A stretch of 64,000 bases of DNA, taken from positions 1,760,001 through 1,824,000 of the forward strand of contig CAWCRS010000007.1 of assembly GCA_963798085.1 (NCBI GenBank). The letters run 5' to 3'. The notes below the pieces were generated by a model that was not told where the DNA came from, made no database searches, and saw only the letters and a list, made by a program, of their open reading frames with translations. The DNA comes from an uncultured Gemmatimonadales bacterium. GTDB taxonomy: Bacteria; Gemmatimonadota; Gemmatimonadetes; Longimicrobiales; RSA9. Below are positions 40,639 to 49,129 of this stretch, one piece after another (the first letter of the stretch is position 1; the number at the start of each line of letters is the position of its first letter). Position numbers and translations under genes: made by a program.

Positions 40639-42303
40639 ATGAGCGCGAAATCCACGTTGATACCAGCGCGTTATCAGCCGGAGCTGCCACTGGCGCAGCT
40701 CATCCTCCAGGAGAAGCCGGATGCCGAGAGCCTGGAGATGGATGTCGTGTTCGTGGGCGCGGGACCTGCGGGCCTGGCGGGCGCCATCGCGCTGGCCCGG
40801 CTGGTGCGCAGCGACAACGAGGCGGGTGGCGGTCTGGGCGAGATCCAGATCGGCGTGCTGGAGAAGGCGGCCGGGCTGGGCGAGCACACGCTCTCGGGTG
40901 CGGTCGTGAATCCGGCACCGTTCCGCGAGCTGTTTCCCGATGTGCCCGAGGCCGAGCTGCCCTTCCGCGGCATGGTGACGAAGGAGCGCGTCTACGTGCT
41001 GACGGAGACCTCGGCACTGCGCATTCCCACGCCGCCGCCCATGCGCAATCATGGCAATCGCCTTGCATCGATCTGCGAGATCGTGCGCTGGATGGGCGGG
41101 AAGGCGGAGGCGCTGGGTGTGAATCTGTTCACCGGCTTTCCCGCCGCGGCCCTGCTGGCCGATAACAATCGTGTTATCGGGGTACGCACCACGCCGTCGG
41201 GGCTGGACCGCGAGGGCCGGCCGGGCCCGGGCGCCATGCCGGCAACCGACATCACGGCGCGCGTGACCGCGCTGGCCGAGGGAACGCGCGGCGCGCTGGC
41301 GCAGGCGTACACACGCTGGCAGAGCATCGCATCGCCCAATCCGCAGATCTTCGCGCTGGGCGTCAAGGAACTGTGGGAAACGAAGAGGCCGCTCGACGCC
41401 GTGGTGCACACCATGGGCTGGCCGCTGCCGCGTGATGCCTTCGGTGGCAGCTTCTTCTATCCACTGGAGCCGAATCTCGTGGCGCTCGGGCTGGTGGTGG
41501 GCCTGGACTATCACGATGCCCGGCTGGATGTGCACGAACTCGTGCAGCGCATGAAGCTGCACCCCTTGTTCCGACGCTATCTCGAGGGCGGCGAGCTGGT
41601 CGAGTGGGGCGCGAAGACGATTCCGGAAGGCGGCTTCCATTCCCTGCCCGAGCGGCGCAGCGGCGATGGCCTGCTGATTCTGGGCGACGACGCCGGGTTC
41701 GTGGACGTGCCGTCGCTCAAGGGCATTCACTACGCCGTGCAGTCGGGAATCTTCGCGGCACGCACCATCTTCGATGCCTTGAAGCGCGGGGACACGTCCG
41801 CGTCCGCGCTGCGGGCCTATGACCGGCTCGTCGACGGCAGCTACATCCATGCCGATCTGCGCCGCCGCCGCAACATGCGTCTGGCGTTCAAGAGTGGATT
41901 CTACGCGGGCGGCTTCAGGGCCGGGCTGATGACGGTCACCGGGGGCGCCTTCCCGGGCGGCCGCATTGCGGTGGAGGCGGATGCCGATACGCCGCGCTCA
42001 TTCGCCGAGGCGCAGGCGCTGGTTCCGGACAATACGCTGACGTTCCGCAAGCTGGACGCGGTCTTCAAGTCCGGCAATGCGACGCGCGACGACATTCCAT
42101 CGCATCTGCTGGTGGGCAAGGACATTCCTTCCGAGGTGGCGGATTTCTACGCGCACATGTGTCCCGCCGGCGTTTACGAGCGCGAGGGTGACACGCTCGC
42201 GGTGAACCCGCCGAACTGCGTGGACTGCAAGGCGACCGACGTGCTGGGCCCGCGCTGGACGCCGCGCGAAGGCGGCAGTGGTCCCAGCTATCGCCGCATG
42301 TAG
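40639..42303 (+). CDS. Electron transfer flavoprotein-quinone oxidoreductase (ETF-QO/FixC-like with ferredoxin tail)
   Basis: VGAGPAGL, LSGAV, GVKELW, HT.GWPL, GAKTIPEGG, KGIHYA..SG, CPAGVYE, PREGG.GP; etfAB nearby. Confidence 0.92.
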   Translation: MSAKSTLIPARYQPELPLAQLILQEKPDAESLEMDVVFVGAGPAGLAGAIALARLVRSDNEAGGGLGEIQIGVLEKAAGLGEHTLSGAVVNPAPFRELFPDVPEAELPFRGMVTKERVYVLTETSALRIPTPPPMRNHGNRLASICEIVRWMGGKAEALGVNLFTGFPAAALLADNNRVIGVRTTPSGLDREGRPGPGAMPATDITARVTALAEGTRGALAQAYTRWQSIASPNPQIFALGVKELWETKRPLDAVVHTMGWPLPRDAFGGSFFYPLEPNLVALGLVVGLDYHDARLDVHELVQRMKLHPLFRRYLEGGELVEWGAKTIPEGGFHSLPERRSGDGLLILGDDAGFVDVPSLKGIHYAVQSGIFAARTIFDALKRGDTSASALRAYDRLVDGSYIHADLRRRRNMRLAFKSGFYAGGFRAGLMTVTGGAFPGGRIAVEADADTPRSFAEAQALVPDNTLTFRKLDAVFKSGNATRDDIPSHLLVGKDIPSEVADFYAHMCPAGVYEREGDTLAVNPPNCVDCKATDVLGPRWTPREGGSGPSYRRM

Positions 42304-42321
42304 TCCGGCCCGGCCGAGCCA

Positions 42322-43545
42322 ATGCGCGCGCAGCAGGCAGGGTATGACGCCGCGCTAACGCTGCGTTTCAGCGAGCGCTTCGGCTCCGCCCCGTCGTTCT
42401 TCGTGCGCGCGCCCGGCCGCGTCAATCTCATGGGCGACCACATCGACTACAATCTGCTTTCCGTGCTGCCCATGGCCCTGCCGCAGTCGCTGTGCATGGC
42501 GGTGCGACCGCGCAGTGACGCGCGCATCCGCCTGCAGTCGATGGACGGTCCGTTCGCGGCACGTGAGTTCGAGGCTGCCCCGCAGGTCACGCCGTTTCCG
42601 TCCGGCGACTGGGGCAACTATGCCGGGGCCGCCGTGCAGGAACTGGCTGCCGGCCGCGGCGGCGCTGGCCTGCGCGGTTTCGACGCACTGATCGACTCGG
42701 ACATTCCGCGGGCGGCCGGACTCAGTTCGTCCAGCGCGCTGGTCGTGGCGACAGGACTGGCTTTCCTGACAGCGAATCAGCAGTCGTACACCGTGCTGGA
42801 TCTGGCCGAGCGCATGGCGCGGGCCGAACGCTACGTGGGCACGCGCGGCGGCGGCATGGACCAGGCCATCATCCTGGGCGCGCAGGCGGGCGCGGCGGCG
42901 CGCATTGACTTCGCTCCGCTGCGCATCACACAGCACGCGGTGCCGCAGGACTGGCGCTTCGTCGTCGCGTATTCCGGTGCTACGGCGGAGAAGAGCGGCG
43001 CCGCGCGCGAGGCGTACAACGAGCGTGCCGGCGCGTGTGCGCAAGCCTTGCGGTTCGCTGCCGATGTGATGGGCGCGGCGCAACCCACGTACGCAATGCT
43101 GCTGGCCCGGCATGGCGCGCAACCACTGCTCGCGAGGGTTCAGGCGACGATGCCGCCGCGGCTCTTCCGCCGCTTTCGCCACGTGGTAACGGAGGCGGAG
43201 CGAGTGGGCCGGGCCGAGGCAGCACTGCGCGCGGCAGATGGCGCAACGTTCGGTCGCTTGATGCTCGAGTCGCACGCCAGCCTGCGCAATGACTACGAAG
43301 TCAGCACGGCCGCGCTGGACGGGCTGGTGGAGGCCAGCGTTGCGGCGGGTGCAATGGGTGCCCGTCTCACCGGCGCAGGCTTCGGCGGCTGCATGGTTGC
43401 CCTCACCGATGCGCGGCAGGCGCCCGCGCTGGTGGAGGCGCTGCTGGAACATGCGTCTGCTTCCGGTGGCACGCGTGCACTGGGGTCTGACACCGTGTTC
43501 ATGGGATTGCCGGGCGACGGTGCACGTGTGACGCGAATCGACTGA
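42322..43545 (+). CDS. galK: Galactokinase (GHMP family)
   Basis: APGRVNLMGDHIDYN, P..AGLSSSSAL, GGMDQ, HVVTEAERV, SHASLRNDYEVS, GARLTGAGFGGC. Confidence 0.88.
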   Translation: MRAQQAGYDAALTLRFSERFGSAPSFFVRAPGRVNLMGDHIDYNLLSVLPMALPQSLCMAVRPRSDARIRLQSMDGPFAAREFEAAPQVTPFPSGDWGNYAGAAVQELAAGRGGAGLRGFDALIDSDIPRAAGLSSSSALVVATGLAFLTANQQSYTVLDLAERMARAERYVGTRGGGMDQAIILGAQAGAAARIDFAPLRITQHAVPQDWRFVVAYSGATAEKSGAAREAYNERAGACAQALRFAADVMGAAQPTYAMLLARHGAQPLLARVQATMPPRLFRRFRHVVTEAERVGRAEAALRAADGATFGRLMLESHASLRNDYEVSTAALDGLVEASVAAGAMGARLTGAGFGGCMVALTDARQAPALVEALLEHASASGGTRALGSDTVFMGLPGDGARVTRID

Positions 43546-43565
43546 GCGTCGTCGCCTGACGTCTT

Positions 43566-44480
43566 TCAGAGTCCGAGCGGGGACGGGTAGTCTCCAGCGG
43601 CCACGCGCGCGCGCAGCTGCTCGATTACAGCGGTGCGGTCTTCCGCGAACGTCAAGCCCATCCACCGTTGCTCGCCCGGCAGCACGCGCACGCGCAGGCG
43701 ACCCTGCGCGATTTCCGCGGCAACCGCCTGCGGCAGCAGGAACTCCGCGCTGTCATCCCTGCCGAAGCGTTCGACAAACGTGCGCAGGCCGTCCTCGAGC
43801 AATGCAAAGATGTTCTGATCGAAGCCCCAGAGGTTGAGCGACACGCGCGCGGCCGGGTCGAGCATGACCATGCGTTCGGCGCCGGCGCCCGTTGCATCCG
43901 CTGCCCTGCCCTGCAAGCGGTCGTGCTCGCGATAGATGTCGTGAAACTCCACGATGCCCGTGAGCCAGCCCGCGTCATCCGTCCGGCAGAGTGCGCGAGA
44001 CACGCCGCCGTGCGCCGAGAGGGTGCTGTCGAGCCGGAAGCCGACGAGTGCGGCGTCGCCTGCCGTCATGTGCTGCAGTTCCCGCGCAACCTGCCCGATG
44101 GACGCGGTGCCGTAGAAGTCGTCTGCGTTGAGCACGGCGAAGCGGCTGTCCACGTGCGGCATTGCGGCCAGCACGGCGTGGCCGGTGCCCCACGGCTTCG
44201 AGCGCGTTCGTGATGCCTGCGAGCCGGCCGGCAGTGGTGCGTGGTCCTGCAGTGCGAAGCGAACGTCCAGCCGTGACCAGCGCGCAGCCATGCGCGTGCG
44301 GAATTCCGGCTCGGTCTGCGAACGGATCACGAGGATGATGCGGTCGAAGCCGCTGCGAACGGCATCGTGCACGGCGAATTCGAAGAGGGCTTCACCGGCG
44401 GGGCCGACGGGTTCGAGCTGCTTGAGCGTTCCATAACGGCGTGCCAGGCCCGCCGCGAGGATGACGAGGGAGAGGCTCAC
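43566..44480 (-). CDS. Sugar-phosphate nucleotidyltransferase
   Basis: LAAG..RRYG.LKQ, KPWGTGHAV, NADDFYG, GGVSRALC, EFLLP, WMGLT. Confidence 0.9.
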   Translation of the reverse strand: MSLSLVILAAGLARRYGTLKQLEPVGPAGEALFEFAVHDAVRSGFDRIILVIRSQTEPEFRTRMAARWSRLDVRFALQDHAPLPAGSQASRTRSKPWGTGHAVLAAMPHVDSRFAVLNADDFYGTASIGQVARELQHMTAGDAALVGFRLDSTLSAHGGVSRALCRTDDAGWLTGIVEFHDIYREHDRLQGRAADATGAGAERMVMLDPAARVSLNLWGFDQNIFALLEDGLRTFVERFGRDDSAEFLLPQAVAAEIAQGRLRVRVLPGEQRWMGLTFAEDRTAVIEQLRARVAAGDYPSPLGL

Positions 44481-44489
44481 ATGCGCGGC

Positions 44490-45012
44490 TCAGCCGGCAA
44501 TGGCGGCGACCAGCTCGCGGCAGAAGTCGGGAATGTCGTCGACGACGCGGCCCCAGACGATATTGCCATCGCGGAACGCAGGCTCATCGACCCAGGTCGC
44601 GCCGGCGTTCACGAGGTCATCGCGAATGGCGCTGGAGCCGGTGGCGCGATGGCCTCGCACGATGCCGGCGCTGATGGGCACCCAACCCGCGTGGCAGATA
44701 ATGCCGAGTATGCGACCCAGGCGGTGGGCATCGCGCACGATGGTCCTGACGCTGTCATAGCGGCGCAGCTTGTCCGGCGCCCAGCCGCCGGGCACAACGA
44801 CCGCGTCGAAGTCTGCAGCGCTGACCTTGTCGGCCGTCGTGTCCGGCTTCGCCTTGAGTCCCTGCTTGCCGGTGTACTCGGGCCTGGAGCCGGTCCCGAC
44901 GACGAGCACGTGCGCGCCTTCTTCGCGCAGCCGCATGACCGGCACCCAGAACTCGAGGTCCTCGAAGCCTTCTTCGACGAAATAACGAGATGTGTTTGCC
45001 GCTGAGCCGCAT
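44490..45012 (-). CDS. PfpI/DJ-1 family protein, +1 frameshift near 44981
   Basis: MRLSGKHI then, in another frame, FVEEGFEDLEF.VP..RLREEG, VPGGWAPDKLR, ICHAGW. Removing one base gives 173 aa. Confidence 0.88.
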
Positions 45013-45020
45013 GGACTGCC

Positions 45021-46007
45021 TCAACCGCCGTGCAGCTTGCGGATGGACTCGGAAAGCCGGGGCAGCACCTCGTGCGCGTCCCCCACGAGGCCGTAGTCCG
45101 CGACCTTGAAGATGGGCGCGTCCGGATCCTTGTTGATGGCGACAATCGTGCTGGCGCTGCGCATGCCGGCGAGGTGCTGCATGGCACCGCTGATGGCAAC
45201 GGCGAAATAGAGGCTGGGTGACACGGTCTTGCCGGTCTGTCCCACCTGTTCCGCGTGCGGGCGCCAGCCGGCGTCCACGACGGCGCGCGACGCGCCGAGT
45301 GCAGCCTGCGGGCCGATCGCGTCGCGGAGTGATTCCAGCAGGTGCCAGTGCTCGGGACCCTTCATGCCGCGGCCGCCGCTCACGATGATGGACGCCTCCG
45401 CGACATCGAGGTTGCCCGCGGGCGCAGTGCTGACATCCGTGACGGTGACCTTCCAGTCGGCGGGTGATCCCGCAACGGACAGACTCACGACGTTCGCGGT
45501 GGCGGGCCGCTCCTGAGCGCGAAACACGCTGGGCCGCAGCGAGACCAGCCGTGTGGCGGTGTCCAGCGAGAGCCGCGCGAAAGCGCGCCCCGCCAGGATG
45601 GGCCGGGTAATCACCAACTCATTGTTATCGAGCGACAGCGCTGTCGCTTCCGTGGCGAGCGGCAGGTCCAGACGCGCGGCCACGCGCGGCGCCAGGTCCT
45701 TGCCCAGCGCGGAGGCGGGAAAGAACACGGCCCAGTAGTTCCCGCCCCGGATGAGATCGGCGAGGGAAGCGGCGAAGCCGTCCGGTGAGTACTGTGCGAA
45801 CGCCTCGTGCGCGCAGAGGTGTACGGTCGTCGCACCGAAGCGGCCCAGCCCGCGGGCGGCTTCATCCATTCCGGGCGGTGCGCAAAGCGCTGCGTGCACT
45901 TCCGCGCCCAGCGCCCCGGCAATGGTCCTCGCCGCTGTGATGACTTCGCCCGAAACGGAGCGCAGCGTAGCCGCGCGCTGTTCCGCTACTGCGAGAATTT
46001 TCGCCAT
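45021..46007 (-). CDS. etfA: Electron transfer flavoprotein alpha subunit
   Basis: VSGGRG, GASRAVVDAGW, QVGQTGKTV.P, ISGAMQHLAGM, AINKD.DAPIF. Confidence 0.96.
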   Translation of the reverse strand: MAKILAVAEQRAATLRSVSGEVITAARTIAGALGAEVHAALCAPPGMDEAARGLGRFGATTVHLCAHEAFAQYSPDGFAASLADLIRGGNYWAVFFPASALGKDLAPRVAARLDLPLATEATALSLDNNELVITRPILAGRAFARLSLDTATRLVSLRPSVFRAQERPATANVVSLSVAGSPADWKVTVTDVSTAPAGNLDVAEASIIVSGGRGMKGPEHWHLLESLRDAIGPQAALGASRAVVDAGWRPHAEQVGQTGKTVSPSLYFAVAISGAMQHLAGMRSASTIVAINKDPDAPIFKVADYGLVGDAHEVLPRLSESIRKLHGG

Positions 46008-46015
46008 GCGTTCTC

Positions 46016-46765
46016 CTACAGCACTCTGGCTTCTTCGTGCAGCACGCGGACGAGTTCGGGAACGGCTTCGGTGCCCGTGCCAATGATGCGACCGGGCGGA
46101 CGCTCCGGCGGATAGGCGAGTCCGAGCAGGCGGACGCGACCGGCTGGCAGCTGGGCATCCTTCTCTTCCAGCGGCTTCTTCCTGGCGGCCATGATGCCCT
46201 TGAGCGAAGCGAGCCGCGGTTCGAAGTCCGCCTTGGCGAGTGTCACCACCGCCGGCAGGGGTGCGCTGATGTGTTCGACGCCGCCCTCGATCTCGCGATG
46301 CGCGCTCAACCGGTTGTCTGCCACTTCGAGCTGTGTCGCCACGGTAATGCAGGGCAGTCCTAACAGCTCGGCAAGCATGGGTCCGACCTGCTGCTGATCG
46401 TCATCGGACGCTTTCATTCCGGCCATCACGAGATCTGCACCCAGGCCACGCACCTCGGCGGCCAGTGCGTGTGCCGTGGCGAGACCGTCCATCGTGGGAG
46501 CGCCACGCAGCAGAATGGCGCGGTCCGCACCCATGGCCAGGCCCGCGCGCAGCTGCTCGCCGCTGGCGCCGTCCCCGAGCGTGATCAGTACAATCTCGCC
46601 CTGGCCCTGCGCTTCCTTCAGACGCAGTGCAGTTTCCAGCGCATACTCGTCGTACGGGCCCATCACGAACTTGATACCGGTGGGCTCAATGGCGGCGCCG
46701 CCATCCGCAATGCGGATGCGCGATTCCGTGTCTGGCACACGTTTGATGCAGACGACGAATCTCAT
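46016..46765 (-). CDS. etfB: Electron transfer flavoprotein beta subunit
   Basis: VCIKRVPD, PYDEYALE.AL, AMGADR, QVG.MLA..L, EPRLASLKGIMAARKK. Confidence 0.96.
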   Translation of the reverse strand: MRFVVCIKRVPDTESRIRIADGGAAIEPTGIKFVMGPYDEYALETALRLKEAQGQGEIVLITLGDGASGEQLRAGLAMGADRAILLRGAPTMDGLATAHALAAEVRGLGADLVMAGMKASDDDQQQVGPMLAELLGLPCITVATQLEVADNRLSAHREIEGGVEHISAPLPAVVTLAKADFEPRLASLKGIMAARKKPLEEKDAQLPAGRVRLLGLAYPPERPPGRIIGTGTEAVPELVRVLHEEARVL

Positions 46766-46873
46766 GATCGCCTGTTGCACTCCACTGTGTGGTTCTCAGC
46801 GCACGTGCCGGGCGGAAAATACGGCCCGGGCCGGGCCGGTGTCCAGCGCACGAGGCGCAGCGCCGCTGTGACA

Positions 46874-48011
46874 TCAGAAGCGGAATTGCGTGCGCCAGAT
46901 CACAGCATGGCCGAAATCGGAAAGGAAAAGCAGGCCGAGTTCCGAGGTGGCCAGCCCTGACGGCGTGCGAATCGATGTGTCGCCGGCGGCGCGGCCGTTG
47001 CCGTTGAACGCGCTGTTGCCGTTTCCCGCAAAGGTGTGAATCGTGCCGCTCGCGAGGTCGATGGCGCGCACGCGGTCGTTGCCCGAATCCGCGATGAACA
47101 GCGTGCGGCCGTCGGCGGAGACGGCGAGCGCATCGGGACGGTCGAAGCGCGCGTCGAGCGCGGGTCCATCATCGCCGGCGAAAGCGGCAACACCACCCTG
47201 CCCGGCGATGGTCGTCATGATGCCGCTGCTCAGATCCACGCTGCGCACGCGATTGTTATCGCGGTCGGCAATCCAGAGTTGGCCCTGCAGGATGGCGAGC
47301 CCGGCCGGATCGCGGAGGCTTGCCCGCGTCGCGGGCCCGCCATCGCCGGCGAAACCTGCCGTTCCGGTACCCGCGAGCGTGCCCAGTCTGCCATCGGCTT
47401 CAATGAAGCGCACGCGCTGCCCCAGCTGCTCGGCAAAGACGAGCCGGCCATCCGTCATGAACGCGAGTCCTGCCGGGGCGTGTACCCTCGCCTGCACCGC
47501 GGGTGTGCCATCCGCCGCATCGCCTGCCGTGCCATCACCGGCGATCACAATGGGCAGCGTCTGGCCGCGGGGCAGCCGGAAGATGCGCTGGCCGACGATG
47601 TCGCTGAATACGAGCGCGCCATCCGGCGCGACTGCCATCGAATGGACGGCTTCCGGGCAGGCGCTGGTGCCGCAGGCGGCTGTGCTGAGCAGCAGCGTGA
47701 GGCGGCCGGTGGATTGCACCGTGAAAATGCGGGCGACATGACGCGTGAGCCCGTTCTGCTGCACGCTGGCCGCGCGGTCCGCGAAGTAGAGTACGCCATC
47801 GCTTTCCGCGAAGGCCACGGCGGTGGGATCGGTCAGACGCGTGCGCAGCGCCAGTGAGTCGAATGCGTGTGCCGGTGGAGTCGCCAATGCCGGCCACAAT
47901 GCGCATGCGCTCGGGCGCATCACCCAGCACGATCAGCGGGTCGCCGCACGCGGCCGCGACGAGGCTGCCCAGGGCAACGGCCAGGCTCAGTGCGCGAGCG
48001 GCGCGGTCCAT
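46874..48011 (-). CDS. NHL-repeat beta-propeller lipoprotein, +1 frameshift near 47862
   Basis: Lipobox VAAAC in the 47535..48011 frame joins the frame with AG.G..GF.GD.GPA..A.L..P repeats. Removing one base gives 378 aa. Confidence 0.85.
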
Positions 48012-49129
48012 ACGTCGTAGCTGTCGGGCGGACTGCTGCGCATGAAGGCCAGTCGGTTGCCATCGGGTGCAATGGCCGGCCAGCGACCGAACTGCGTGCC
48101 CGGAACCTCTGCCGCGGCGCCGCCGGCGGCGGCAACGCGGAAGATGCGATCGCCGCGCTGGAAATAGAGGTTCTGCGAATCCCCCGACCAGGCGGGATCG
48201 GCGCCTTCCCCCAGCTCGTGGGCGCCACTGCCGTCCGGATGCATCACTAACAGCGTGTGATGCGGCTCGCTGTATCCGACGCGGATCTCGGAGCGGGCGA
48301 CGCCATCGCGGGTGATGGCGCAGGTCGCGCTCGCGGAATCACCGCGCTCCAGACGCGCGAAGGCCAGCCATTGTCCATCCGGACTCCATGCCGGGCTCAC
48401 GCCATCCGCACTGCCGGGAATGACGGTGGGCGCTCCCCCGCCTGGTGTCCAGAGCCGCACCTGCAGCCCGTCGCTGAAGACGAGCCGGGCGTTGTCGGGA
48501 GCCCATGCCGGGCGTGCCAGCAGCACGCCATCGGTGCGGAAAACACGCTGATAGGGAAAGGCGTGCTGTGTGTAGGTCGCATTGATGCCGGCCTTTTCGC
48601 GCGGATCGCGACCACTGAAGACGATCGACGCTGCGGGATCCTCCAGCACGGAGCCGGTCGCGCCCATGGTGCGCACGCGCAGCACGGCCGAATCGAGCAG
48701 CGGTTCCGCGTACGGGCAGGGCCCGGCCACGACAGCGGGAGTAATCACGCTTGCCATCTCAATGTACGCGACGCGCCTGCCATCGGGCGACACGGCGGGT
48801 GCAGCGAGCCAGCGCGGCCCGGGCGCGTTCGCTGACTGCAGCTCGGGAAACACCAGGCGTGCGGATCCACCGGAGCGAGCAAGCGCCAGCAGCAGCCCGC
48901 GGCCCGGTGGCAGCCCGGGTGCGCTTTCCGCCGTGTACAGGATGACGTCGCCAGCCGGCGCCCACGCCGGATATTCGTCCTGGCCCGTGCTGTACGTGAG
49001 TCGGAGCACGCCGGTCGTGTCGGCGGACGAGAGTGCCGGCGTCCACGGCGAGAGCGCATCCCGGCAGCCGGCGCTGGCGCACAGCGCGAGCAGCGGCGCG
49101 AACCCGGCGCAGCATCGTCGCCTGCTCAT
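47987..49129 (-). CDS. TolB-like PD40 beta-propeller lipoprotein
   Basis: Lipobox SAGC; repeated PAW(S/A)PDG..LAF motifs. Confidence 0.88.
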   Translation of the reverse strand: MSRRRCCAGFAPLLALCASAGCRDALSPWTPALSSADTTGVLRLTYSTGQDEYPAWAPAGDVILYTAESAPGLPPGRGLLLALARSGGSARLVFPELQSANAPGPRWLAAPAVSPDGRRVAYIEMASVITPAVVAGPCPYAEPLLDSAVLRVRTMGATGSVLEDPAASIVFSGRDPREKAGINATYTQHAFPYQRVFRTDGVLLARPAWAPDNARLVFSDGLQVRLWTPGGGAPTVIPGSADGVSPAWSPDGQWLAFARLERGDSASATCAITRDGVARSEIRVGYSEPHHTLLVMHPDGSGAHELGEGADPAWSGDSQNLYFQRGDRIFRVAAAGGAAAEVPGTQFGRWPAIAPDGNRLAFMRSSPPDSYDVWTAPLAH

